Assembly (NCBI GenBank): GCA_047284725.1
Contig: JBJBEO010000001.1
Coordinates: 2,104,203-2,168,202, forward strand
Length of the DNA: 64,000 bases
Direction of reading: 5' to 3'
Source: Synechococcus sp.
GTDB lineage: Bacteria > Cyanobacteriota > Cyanobacteriia > PCC-6307 > Cyanobiaceae
The notes under the pieces were generated by a model. It saw only the letters and a list, made by a program, of their open reading frames with translations. It ran no database searches and was not told the origin of the DNA. Below are positions 22,091 to 31,125 of this stretch, piece by piece. A program made the translations under genes and the position numbers. How positions within the stretch are numbered: the first letter of the stretch is position 1; each line of letters opens with the position of its first letter.

Positions 22091-23317
22091 GTGGTTCAGG
22101 TCAACAGCAATTACCTCAAACTCAAGGCCGGATACCTTTTCCCAGAGATTGCGAGGCGGGTGAAGGCCTTCAGCGAGGCGAACCCCGAGGCAGCCCTGAT
22201 CCGTCTGGGCATTGGCGATGTCACCGAGCCCCTGCCTTTGGCCTGCCGCGACGCGATGAAGGCGGCCGTGGATGAAATGGGGACCAACGCCGGCTTTCAC
22301 GGCTATGGGCCTGAACAGGGCTATGCCTGGCTACGTGAAGCCATCGCCAAGCACGATTTCCAGGTTCGTGGCTGTGACATCAGCGCCGAGGAGATCTTCG
22401 TCTCCGACGGTTCGAAGTGCGACAGCAGCAACATCCTCGACATCCTCGGCAGCGGCAATCGCATCGCCGTCACCGATCCGGTGTACCCCGTGTATGTCGA
22501 CAGCAATGTGATGGCAGGCCGCACTGGCGAAGCCGGTGACAACGGTCGCTACGACGGACTCAGTTATCTGCCCATCAGTGCCGATAACGGCTTCAGCGCC
22601 AAGATTCCCAGCGAGCCTGTGGATCTGATCTACCTGTGCTTCCCCAACAACCCCACCGGGGCAGTGGCCACCAAGGTCCAACTCAAGGCCTGGGTGGATT
22701 ACGCCAGATCCCACAACGCGCTGATCCTGTTCGACGCCGCCTACGAGGCCTTCATCCAGGACCCTGAACTACCCCACTCGATTTATGAGATCGAGGGTGC
22801 ACGCGAGTGCGCCATTGAATTCCGCTCGTTCTCCAAGAACGCCGGCTTCACAGGCACCCGCTGCGCTCTCACCGTGGTGCCGAAGGGACTGAAAGGGAAA
22901 GCTGAAGACGGATCCGACGTGGAGCTGTGGGGGCTGTGGAACCGCCGTCAGAGCACCAAGTTCAACGGCGTGAGCTATATCATTCAGCGCGGAGCCGAAG
23001 CGGTGTACTCCCCACAGGGCCAAAAGGAGATCAAAGCCCTGGTGAGCTTCTACATGGAGAACGCCTCCATCATTCGCCGCGAACTCAGTGCCGCCGGGAT
23101 CGAGGTGCATGGCGGCGAACACGCTCCCTACGTGTGGTTGAAAACCCCCACTGGAATGGACTCCTGGGGCTTCTTCGACCACCTTCTCAACAAGGCCCAT
23201 GTGGTGGGCACCCCTGGCAGCGGCTTCGGAGCTGCCGGCGAGGGCTATTTCCGCCTGTCGGCCTTCAACAGCCGCGCCAACGTGGACGAAGCCATGCGAC
23301 GCATCCGCAGCCTCTAA
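22091..23317 (+). CDS. dapL: LL-diaminopimelate aminotransferase
   Basis: [50 protein letters not shown] at 22091. Confidence 0.96.
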   Translation: MVQVNSNYLKLKAGYLFPEIARRVKAFSEANPEAALIRLGIGDVTEPLPLACRDAMKAAVDEMGTNAGFHGYGPEQGYAWLREAIAKHDFQVRGCDISAEEIFVSDGSKCDSSNILDILGSGNRIAVTDPVYPVYVDSNVMAGRTGEAGDNGRYDGLSYLPISADNGFSAKIPSEPVDLIYLCFPNNPTGAVATKVQLKAWVDYARSHNALILFDAAYEAFIQDPELPHSIYEIEGARECAIEFRSFSKNAGFTGTRCALTVVPKGLKGKAEDGSDVELWGLWNRRQSTKFNGVSYIIQRGAEAVYSPQGQKEIKALVSFYMENASIIRRELSAAGIEVHGGEHAPYVWLKTPTGMDSWGFFDHLLNKAHVVGTPGSGFGAAGEGYFRLSAFNSRANVDEAMRRIRSL

Positions 23318-23336
23318 GGACCAACCCAATCCCGCG

Positions 23337-23370
23337 AAGTCAGCCGTTCATCCCCATGACGGCCTGACTT
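23337..23370 (+). terminator. Stem-loop between dapL and clpS
   Basis: AAGTCAG-CCGT...ACGG-C-CTGACTT inverted repeat. Confidence 0.4.
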
Positions 23371-23428
23371 CGTCGGTCATTGCAAGAAAGCCTCCACCTA
23401 CATTGGGGCCGAGGCACACGAGCGCACG

Positions 23429-23743
23429 ATGGCGGTGAACACCACAAGTCCGGGCGCTGGTGGCGCAGCCGTGCTCGAGAAACAGGAAGAGCGAGTACGC
23501 AAGCCTTCTCCGCGCTACAAAGTGCTCCTGCACAACGACCCCGTCAACTCCATGGAGTACGTGGTCGTGACCCTTCAGCAGGTCGTTCCACAGTTGAGTG
23601 AGCAGGATGCCATGGCTGTGATGCTGGAAGCCCACAACACAGGAGTCGGTCTCGTGATTGTGTGCGACCTCGAGCCAGCGGAGTTCTATTGCGAAACCCT
23701 CAAGGCCAAGGGACTGATCAGCACGCTGGAGCCAGAGAGCTGA
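23429..23743 (+). CDS. clpS: Clp protease adaptor ClpS
   Basis: YKVLLHNDPVNSMEYVV...MLEAHNTG...AEFY. Confidence 0.95.
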   Translation: MAVNTTSPGAGGAAVLEKQEERVRKPSPRYKVLLHNDPVNSMEYVVVTLQQVVPQLSEQDAMAVMLEAHNTGVGLVIVCDLEPAEFYCETLKAKGLISTLEPES

Positions 23744-24594
23744 GCAGCCCTCGTTTTCACCCGGCTTGGACCAGCTGGCTCAGCCAACGCCGGCGCTGGA
23801 TCCCCACCATCACTCTGATCCCAGTGCTCTACGGACTGGGTTGGCTGGTGATGCAACCGGTGGCGTACCTGATGCCAGCCCTGCCCACCGCCAGCCGCGA
23901 CCTGCTCGGTACAGCCATCAGCCTGTTGCTGTTCTTCATTGTTCTTCCCAGCTGGGTCAGGATTCGCTGGACCACTCGCCATCCCTGGAGACAGCTGGGC
24001 CTCAACCGAGCCAGCGGCAGTCCACAACGACGTCAAGGGTTGCTGCGGGGCTTGAGCTGGGCAACAGCTCTTCTTGTCTTCATCAGCTTGATCAGTTTGG
24101 GAGGCAACTGGGCCTACTGGCTAGGAGACCTCCCCGTTCCCAGACTGATCAATGCATTCCTGCTCTGCTTTGGGGTTGGATTAGCCGAGGAGCTGCTCTT
24201 CCGCGGCTGGCTCTGGGGTGAACTCAACCTGCTGATTGGAACCAAGAGGGCAGTACCGGCACAGGCGGCGATCTTCAGCCTTGTGCATACCCGCTTCGAC
24301 CTGGGGGTCTGGCCCATGGTCGGCTTACTGGTGGGCTTGTTTCTCCTGGGCATGGCCCTGGCGACACGGCGCCAGTTGGACCAAGGCTCTCTCTGGGGCT
24401 GCGTTGGCCTCCATGGCGGATTGGTTGGCGGCTGGTTTGCCCTCCAGTCGGGACTCCTGCAATGGTCACCTCAGTCACCGTTGTGGTTAACCGGGCCTGG
24501 CGACAACCCTCTTGGGGGCTTCGTCGGCATTGTGGCGATGGGCTCCCTCGTAACAGTTCAGCTCACGGCATTGGCTAGAGCAGCACGTCCCTGA
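23740..24594 (+). CDS. CPBP/Abi (CAAX-type) intramembrane protease family protein
   Basis: AEELLFRG, FSLVH and GLHGG motifs, multiple TM helices. Start codon uncertain. Confidence 0.85.
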   Translation: MSSPRFHPAWTSWLSQRRRWIPTITLIPVLYGLGWLVMQPVAYLMPALPTASRDLLGTAISLLLFFIVLPSWVRIRWTTRHPWRQLGLNRASGSPQRRQGLLRGLSWATALLVFISLISLGGNWAYWLGDLPVPRLINAFLLCFGVGLAEELLFRGWLWGELNLLIGTKRAVPAQAAIFSLVHTRFDLGVWPMVGLLVGLFLLGMALATRRQLDQGSLWGCVGLHGGLVGGWFALQSGLLQWSPQSPLWLTGPGDNPLGGFVGIVAMGSLVTVQLTALARAARP

Positions 24595-26186
24595 ACAGGT
24601 GCACGGAGTGCTTCATTGAGCGGCGCTTTGCCGTACTCCCGCTCCAGAAGATCCATCACGGTGCACCCGAAGTTGCTGGGGTCACGATCGAACGCCTCTA
24701 AGCAAACCCTGCCAAAGGTGCTGCCCATCGGCTCCGGATTCCAAAGAAGCTTGCGAGCCGTCCAGGGCATCATGCTCATTGGGTTGTAGCCCGGCCTGAT
24801 CAATCCCTGATCGAAGCCGTATTGCTCGAGATGGGTGTGGGGTTGCAAGCCGATGAAGAAAATGGCCGGCTCCACCCGATCCTCACCGAAGATCCGCTCC
24901 ATCTCCCTGTGATAGGCGACGGTCTGGCGGATCGTTTCCGGCCTCTCATCGATGACATTGAAGGAGTAATTCACCGACACGTGATCGCGAAAACCCGCAT
25001 CAGCCAGCATGCGGCAGCTCTCGAGCACGGTGCGGAGGTTGTAGCCCATGCGCATTTTGCGCACGAGTTCCTGGGACCCGGAGGTGATCCCGATCTCGAA
25101 GTAGCTCATGCCGGTTTCAACCATGAGCCGAGCCAGTTCAGGATCAAGGTTGTCAGCCCGGATGTAGGCAGCCCAGCGGATGCCTTCGAGACCCTCCGCC
25201 TTGATCGCGCGCAGCAGCTGCTTGGCATCCTCGATGTAGCGGCGCGCGGGAATGAACTGGGCATCGGTGAACCAGAAACCACGCACACCGCGGTCATAAA
25301 GCTGGCGCATTTCCTTCACCACCTCATCCACCGGGTTGAGGCGCACCTGCTTGCCCTCGACCACGGTGTAGACGCAGTAGCAGCAGTTGTGGGGACAACC
25401 GCGCTTGGTCTGCACGCCCACGTAGAAGTCGCCGCCCTCGAGATACCAGTCGAGTTGTGGCCAGATCGAGGCAATGTAGTCGTAATCGCAGGCCGTCTTA
25501 GGTCGACTCTCGGGTTGCTCATGAATCAGCCCGGCACGGGGTGGCTCCCCCGCAACAAAACAGCGTTCCGAGGCCAGAGACCGACCGCTGAGCAGCTTCT
25601 CCAGCAGGGGCTCTCCCTCGCCGACCGAGACGATCGTGCCTTTGGGGAGCGATCGGCCCAGCTGTTCATAAAACACACTCACCGCCCCGCCACCGAGAAC
25701 AGCCCTGGCGTCTGGTTGATGGCGGCGCGCCCAGCGCAGACCCAGCTTGACGAGGCGCTGATTGCGGAAGAGCTCGCCGTAGTGGCTGGTCATCAGGCGA
25801 AGACCGCCCAGGGCACCACGCAGCCGTTTCAAGGGATTGCTGGCGTAGAAGACCTCGAAGGAATTCTGAAGAGGGTTGCCGCCCCGGCCATCCACCGGTG
25901 CATAGATCTGAATGTCCCGCCAGGAAAACACCAGCAGAGTGGGGCGGAACTGATCCACCACCGTCTGGAGCACCCGCTCGACATCGAGCACAGGCAGGGC
26001 CGCCAGATCCAGCACCCGCTGCGGAAGGGAGGGGAAACACTTGTGGAGATGATCGGCCAGATAAATCGGACCGATCGGAAAAATCGGATTGCACGGCAGC
26101 CGGATCAGCAGCACACGCTCGCCTTCGGACGGATCTGGCAAGGACTGCGTCGGCGGCTGATCGGAGGGAAGCGGTGCGAAAGCCAT
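24558..26186 (-). CDS. Radical SAM protein, Slr0320-like (PSII high-light acclimation family)
   Basis: RLPCNPIFPIGPIYLADHLHK N-terminus and CPHNCCYC cluster motif. Divergent from psbA. Confidence 0.8.
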   Translation of the reverse strand: MAFAPLPSDQPPTQSLPDPSEGERVLLIRLPCNPIFPIGPIYLADHLHKCFPSLPQRVLDLAALPVLDVERVLQTVVDQFRPTLLVFSWRDIQIYAPVDGRGGNPLQNSFEVFYASNPLKRLRGALGGLRLMTSHYGELFRNQRLVKLGLRWARRHQPDARAVLGGGAVSVFYEQLGRSLPKGTIVSVGEGEPLLEKLLSGRSLASERCFVAGEPPRAGLIHEQPESRPKTACDYDYIASIWPQLDWYLEGGDFYVGVQTKRGCPHNCCYCVYTVVEGKQVRLNPVDEVVKEMRQLYDRGVRGFWFTDAQFIPARRYIEDAKQLLRAIKAEGLEGIRWAAYIRADNLDPELARLMVETGMSYFEIGITSGSQELVRKMRMGYNLRTVLESCRMLADAGFRDHVSVNYSFNVIDERPETIRQTVAYHREMERIFGEDRVEPAIFFIGLQPHTHLEQYGFDQGLIRPGYNPMSMMPWTARKLLWNPEPMGSTFGRVCLEAFDRDPSNFGCTVMDLLEREYGKAPLNEALRAPVQGRAALANAVS

Positions 26187-26333
26187 GGGAACTCTGATCG
26201 GCGTCTCAGCAGCGCTTCAAGTGGGACTCGACGCTAACAATCATCAGCCAAGGGCAGCGCCTCGACCCTGGACGAGGCAAGACCCGTTGCAGCAGGCGGG
26301 GCCGCGGCCTGACGAGGAAATGATTGCGGAAGC

Positions 26334-26361
26334 GTTACAGCGCTCAATCTTCCGTTACAAT
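26334..26361 (+). promoter_or_regulatory. Putative psbA promoter (-10 TACAAT) with two GTTACA half-sites
   Basis: GTTACA at 26334 and 26354. TACAAT at 26356-26361 lies just upstream of the hairpin-rich leader. Confidence 0.55.
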
Positions 26362-26367
26362 GGCTTT

Positions 26368-26409
26368 GGCAGGGCATTCCTGCCCTTCCGTAACCGTCTC
26401 TTCGGAGAC
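26368..26409 (+). promoter_or_regulatory. Structured psbA 5' UTR (two hairpins, one with a cUUCGg tetraloop)
   Basis: GGCAGG-GCATT-CCTGCC (26368-26384) and GTCTC-TTCG-GAGAC (26396-26409). Confidence 0.6.
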
Positions 26410-26425
26410 CTTCTTTTCCGTTCTC

Positions 26426-27505
26426 ATGACCACCACCATTCAGCAGCGCTCCGGCGCCACTGGCTGGCAGCAGTTCTGCGAGTGGGTCACCTCCACCAAC
26501 AACCGCCTCTATGTGGGCTGGTTCGGTGTGCTGATGATCCCCACCCTGCTGGCCGCCACCACCTGCTTCATCGTTGCGTTCATCGCAGCACCCCCCGTCG
26601 ACATCGACGGCATCCGTGAGCCCGTTGCTGGCTCTCTGATTTATGGCAACAACATCATCTCCGGTGCTGTTGTTCCTTCCTCCAACGCCATCGGCCTGCA
26701 CTTCTATCCCATCTGGGAAGCGGCTTCTCTCGATGAGTGGCTGTACAACGGCGGTCCCTACCAGCTGGTTGTCTTCCACTTCCTGATCGGCATCTTCTGC
26801 TACATGGGTCGCGAGTGGGAACTCTCCTACCGCCTCGGCATGCGCCCCTGGATCTGCGTTGCCTACAGCGCACCTGTGGCTGCTGCTTCTGCAGTGTTCC
26901 TGGTCTACCCCTTCGGTCAGGGTTCCTTCTCTGACGGCATGCCCCTGGGCATCTCCGGCACCTTCAACTTCATGCTGGTGTTCCAGGCCGAGCACAACAT
27001 CCTGATGCACCCCTTCCACATGCTGGGTGTGGCTGGTGTTTTCGGCGGCAGCCTGTTCTCCGCCATGCATGGCTCCCTGGTGACCTCCTCCCTGGTGCGT
27101 GAAACCACCGAGAGCGAGTCCCCGAACTACGGCTACAAGTTCGGCCAAGAGGAAGAGACCTATAACATCGTGGCTGCCCACGGTTACTTCGGTCGCCTGA
27201 TCTTCCAATACGCTTCCTTCAACAACAGCCGCAGCCTTCACTTCTTCCTGGCTGCCTGGCCTGTCGTTGGCATCTGGTTCACTGCCCTGGGCGTCAGCAC
27301 CATGGCCTTCAACCTGAACGGTTTCAACTTCAACCAGTCCATCCTTGATGGTCAGGGCCGCGTCCTGAACACCTGGGCTGATGTGCTGAACCGCGCCAAC
27401 CTCGGCATGGAAGTGATGCACGAGCGCAACGCTCACAACTTCCCCCTCGACCTGGCTGCTGCCGAGTCCACTCCTGTGGCTCTGCAGGCTCCTGCCATCG
27501 GCTGA
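26426..27505 (+). CDS. psbA: Photosystem II D1 protein, Glu130 (D1:2-type) isoform
   Basis: MTTTIQQR...[13 protein letters not shown] plus 15-aa extension, 359 aa. GAG (Glu130) at 26813-26815. Confidence 0.99.
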   Translation: MTTTIQQRSGATGWQQFCEWVTSTNNRLYVGWFGVLMIPTLLAATTCFIVAFIAAPPVDIDGIREPVAGSLIYGNNIISGAVVPSSNAIGLHFYPIWEAASLDEWLYNGGPYQLVVFHFLIGIFCYMGREWELSYRLGMRPWICVAYSAPVAAASAVFLVYPFGQGSFSDGMPLGISGTFNFMLVFQAEHNILMHPFHMLGVAGVFGGSLFSAMHGSLVTSSLVRETTESESPNYGYKFGQEEETYNIVAAHGYFGRLIFQYASFNNSRSLHFFLAAWPVVGIWFTALGVSTMAFNLNGFNFNQSILDGQGRVLNTWADVLNRANLGMEVMHERNAHNFPLDLAAAESTPVALQAPAIG

Positions 27506-27544
27506 GGCTGAAGTCTCAAAGAGATTCAGCTGCGGTTGAATCGC

Positions 27545-27575
27545 AAAGCCCCCGCCGTCTGGTGGGGGCTTTTTG
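27545..27575 (+). terminator. Rho-independent terminator of psbA
   Basis: AAAGCCCCCGCC-GTCT-GGTGGGGGCTTT followed by further Ts. Confidence 0.9.
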
Positions 27576-27714
27576 TTATCTCAACACCTAGGAAATTGCT
27601 GGCCAGCGCTTGCCTGCTGCTCATGCAGTGATGCACAAGTGCAGCATTGTGTGTCGATGTGACTGGCAAGTCTTAAAGAGGCTCTTAACTTGCAATGGGA
27701 TCAGAAACGAAACA

Positions 27715-27879
27715 ATGACGAAAATCTGTCCCAGGATCAGGGGTGCATGGGATCGCGCCTTGAATGCTCTCGGCATTCAAAAGACAACCTCGGTCTTTCG
27801 CTTTGTTCGCGACTGTCCAATCCTCTCGGTCTTCGCCTTAGCCATTGCCGTTGCGACGGTGGTCATCGTGATCGGCTGA
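27715..27879 (+). CDS. Putative 54-aa single-TM peptide upstream of the diguanylate cyclase
   Basis: ATG at 27715, C-terminal hydrophobic PILSVFALAIAVATVVIVIG. Stop is 1 nt before the GGDEF ORF. Confidence 0.35.
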   Translation: MTKICPRIRGAWDRALNALGIQKTTSVFRFVRDCPILSVFALAIAVATVVIVIG

Positions 27880-27880
27880 T

Positions 27881-29380
27881 TTGCGCGTGAGCAAAGAACT
27901 TCGACGATCGAAAATATTCCAGAAGACCGGCTGCACCAGGCTCTGTTTTGTCCTGGGTGGAATCGGAGCATCGCTCACCATTGGAGCCACTTCACTCACC
28001 TACCTGTTTCTGCACGAGCAACTGGAATTCACTGCGTCACTCCTGGCCAAGGAGCGGGTTTCAGCTGCCTGTGGTTCGTTGCATTCGCTGACCTTTGAGT
28101 TACTGGAATCATCGCTGAACCGCACCGATCCAAAGCGAGATCTACCTGCATGGACGCTGGGAACAGGCAACTACACAGCCGATGGCATCAGGTGGACCTC
28201 ACCCCCAGCGTCAGAGCTCAAGCGCAACGTCACACGCATCCCCCAACAACAGGCTGTTCACAGAGGGCACGGCAAAGCATCTCCGACCACCGAGCCTGAG
28301 CGCAACGAAGCCGCGCACAAACTTCGTCATTCGGTACCAGAAAGCGCTTGCACCTTACATGGAGTTCAAAAGAACGGCGAAGGGAGGGCACTACCAGTCG
28401 CGCTGTTTTCCATCCCTAGAGAACAGCAGCAGATCGCACTGGCAACTCTGTCCGATGAAGGCATCGCTCTCGACGAAAACGACACAGGACGATTTGCCAT
28501 CATTGATCTCACAAAGATGATCAATTCATTCGCAATGAATGAAAATCAATCCCTGATGTCAAGCTGGCTCCCTGACGAAAAAGCCTGGCTGAAGATTGAA
28601 ACATCTTTATCCACATATTCGATGGACAACGTGAAGCATGTGAGCGATGAACATATCCACTACCTGACGAATCCTCCTGATCCAATACAAAGACAACAAG
28701 CGTCTGAGACAGGTCTTCACCAGATCGTTCTCCTCACAGCCAATGGCATGGAAATCATCTATGAAGCATGGGTGGATTACAGCCTCCTTGATCGCCTACC
28801 CAAACGCATCGCCGGACTGATTTTCATTATCGGGTTGATGAGCTCTGGGGTTGGAGTGATGATGAGTCGAACTGCACTGATCAAGGAAGCGAAGATCAGT
28901 GAAGAACTCCGCAGACAGAGCAGAACCGACAGCCTGACGGAACTTCCGAATCGTCGCGAGTGGGACGAACGTCTGGATCAAGAAAACAACATCCTGCAGC
29001 GACACAATCGGAGCTATGCCATCGCCGTAATCGACCTTGATGGGTTCAAAGCAATCAATGATTCATTGGGGCATGCGGCTGGCGATTTGCTTCTCAAGCG
29101 TGCGGGCAAGACCCTGAAAGCAATGATTCGCAGCGAGGACATCGCCGCAAGGGTCGGTGGCGATGAATTCACCGTTCTCTTCTGTGAACCAACAGAGGAT
29201 GGCGAGGAACAACTCCTGAAGCGTCTTGAAACCACCTTCAACGAACAAGGGATCAGCACGTCGATCGGGATTGCCTACTCCCAACGGAATCAAACCCTCA
29301 TGGACCTCTGGCATCGCGCGGATCAACTGATGTATGACTTCAAATCTGCGAAAAAAACCAAGAGGGAACGCAACGACTAG
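27881..29380 (+). CDS. Membrane-anchored diguanylate cyclase (GGDEF)
   Basis: TM1, ~260-aa extracytoplasmic region, TM2, then TDSLTELPNRR, DLDGFKAINDSLGHAAGD, RSED I-site and ARVGGDEF. Start 27881 (TTG) or 27887 (GTG). Confidence 0.93.
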   Translation: MRVSKELRRSKIFQKTGCTRLCFVLGGIGASLTIGATSLTYLFLHEQLEFTASLLAKERVSAACGSLHSLTFELLESSLNRTDPKRDLPAWTLGTGNYTADGIRWTSPPASELKRNVTRIPQQQAVHRGHGKASPTTEPERNEAAHKLRHSVPESACTLHGVQKNGEGRALPVALFSIPREQQQIALATLSDEGIALDENDTGRFAIIDLTKMINSFAMNENQSLMSSWLPDEKAWLKIETSLSTYSMDNVKHVSDEHIHYLTNPPDPIQRQQASETGLHQIVLLTANGMEIIYEAWVDYSLLDRLPKRIAGLIFIIGLMSSGVGVMMSRTALIKEAKISEELRRQSRTDSLTELPNRREWDERLDQENNILQRHNRSYAIAVIDLDGFKAINDSLGHAAGDLLLKRAGKTLKAMIRSEDIAARVGGDEFTVLFCEPTEDGEEQLLKRLETTFNEQGISTSIGIAYSQRNQTLMDLWHRADQLMYDFKSAKKTKRERND

Positions 29381-29502
29381 CGTGTTCACAAACGCTTTGC
29401 CCCTCGGCCCTCGTCTGGAGATTGATCGTGGGAAAGGCGAAAAACCTCCATGCGTTCTTCGCTTGAAACGCAAGGCAGGATGTTCAGACTGAAGGCAGAG
29501 CG

Positions 29503-31014
29503 ATGAGTTTCTTCACCTCTCTCACTGAGGCCATGGTGAGCCGTCAGTCCTTGCTCGTGACCGGCCTGGATCCCAATCCGGAGATGCTTCACCGCTGGGC
29601 CCTCTCGAAGGGCCTTGGAGGGAGCTCCTTGCTGAGTCAGGCAAGGGCATGGTGCAAATCGGTGATCGAAGCCACCGCAGACCACGTCTGCGCGTACAAG
29701 CCAAGTCTCGGTTTTTATCAGGCCATGGGTTCAGCAGGTGTGGAGCTGATGCTCGAAGTGCGTGAACTTCTGCCCGACGATCTTCCTCTCATCATTGATC
29801 TCAAGCATGGGGATCTGAACAGCTCCAGTGCCATCGCTGCCTATCTGTTCAAAACCCTGCATGCCGACGCTGTCACCCTCAATCCCCTGGCAGGCCAAGA
29901 TATCGCCGCTCCCTTTCTGCTTTATCCGGGCAAAGGCGTGCTGATCAATTGCCACAGTTCCAATCCAGCAGCAAGAAGCCTGCAGCACTTTCCCAATGAA
30001 GAGCATCCCCTGTACTTGCAGGTGGTACGGGAAAGTCAGCGCTGGGGAACGCCTGATCAATTGTTGTTGGAAGTCGGCACCAGTGACCCCAGCGTTCTCG
30101 CACGGGTGCGCCAGGCAGCACCGGAACGGTTTGTGATGCTCCGCTCGCTCTGGGGGGAAGAAGGAAACCTGCAATCGCTCCTCGCGAGGGGCCTCAATGC
30201 AGCGGGCGATGGCCTGCTGTTGCCCTTGCCCCAGAGCCTGCTCAATGACGACGACATCCACACACAGACCGCAGCTCTGAAGCACCGCATCAACACCATG
30301 CGCGAACAGCACATGAGCACGCACCGCGAAACGCTGGCAGTGCGATCAGAGCAATGCCGGATCTGGCCCCATGGGCAGCCTTCAGAACCGATGCAGCCAG
30401 GCCTTTCGCAAGAGCTCAGGGATCTGGTGGTCGACCTGTTCGACATCCGTTGCCTGCTTTTTGGTGAGTTCAAGCAGGCGAGTGGCGCCATCTTCAATTA
30501 CTACGTGGATCTTCGCCAGATCATTTCGGACCCGGCCTTGTTCCGGCGTGTCCTGGATTGTTATGCCGAAGTGCTGCAGACACTGCGGTTCGACCGGATC
30601 GCCGGCATTCCCTATGGGTCTCTCCCAACGGCAACCGGACTCTCCCTGCAATTGCACAAGCCCCTGATTTACCCGCGCAAAGAGGTGAAGGCGCATGGCA
30701 CCAGACGTCTGGTAGAGGGTGAATTCAATGAAGGGGAAACGGTGGCGGTCGTGGACGACATCCTGATCACCGGTGGCAGTGTGCTGGAGGGGATCGCCAA
30801 GCTCACCAACTCAGGCCTCACGGTCAACGACGTGGTGGTGTTCCTTGACCATGGCGGTCGCCATGACACACAGGCGAAACAACGCCTCGCTGATGCAGGC
30901 CTGAATCTTAAGGCGGTACTCACCCTTGACAGCATCAGCGAAGTCTTGGAGGAGGCAGGGCGCATCAGCAGCAGCCAGGCAGATGCGCTGCGCTTCCACC
31001 ACAGCAAGTGTTGA
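29503..31014 (+). CDS. OMP decarboxylase-like / orotate phosphoribosyltransferase fusion (PyrF-PyrE order)
   Basis: N-half: GLDP, CAYKP, IIDLKHGD. C-half: FGEFKQASG, YYVDLR, RKEVKAHG, VVDDILITGGS. Confidence 0.9.
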   Translation: MSFFTSLTEAMVSRQSLLVTGLDPNPEMLHRWALSKGLGGSSLLSQARAWCKSVIEATADHVCAYKPSLGFYQAMGSAGVELMLEVRELLPDDLPLIIDLKHGDLNSSSAIAAYLFKTLHADAVTLNPLAGQDIAAPFLLYPGKGVLINCHSSNPAARSLQHFPNEEHPLYLQVVRESQRWGTPDQLLLEVGTSDPSVLARVRQAAPERFVMLRSLWGEEGNLQSLLARGLNAAGDGLLLPLPQSLLNDDDIHTQTAALKHRINTMREQHMSTHRETLAVRSEQCRIWPHGQPSEPMQPGLSQELRDLVVDLFDIRCLLFGEFKQASGAIFNYYVDLRQIISDPALFRRVLDCYAEVLQTLRFDRIAGIPYGSLPTATGLSLQLHKPLIYPRKEVKAHGTRRLVEGEFNEGETVAVVDDILITGGSVLEGIAKLTNSGLTVNDVVVFLDHGGRHDTQAKQRLADAGLNLKAVLTLDSISEVLEEAGRISSSQADALRFHHSKC

Positions 31015-31125
31015 GGAAACCTTCCAAGGAATGAGCAACGCTCCGGCGCCACTGGCCCTCACCATCGGTTCATTGGTCAGGGTCACCTGATTGGAAACGG
31101 CTGAGGTTGCAATCCAGCCAACGGC

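Noticed and set aside
26234..27436. 400-aa ORF antisense to psbA
   Set aside because: It mirrors psbA on the opposite strand, as expected from strong codon bias in a highly expressed GC-rich gene, and has no recognisable motifs.
29381..29502. PyrR-binding attenuator or c-di-GMP riboswitch upstream of the PyrF/E fusion
   Set aside because: No PyrR loop consensus, no riboswitch consensus and no terminator U-tract are visible. Only a weak GCGTT/AACGC stem is present.
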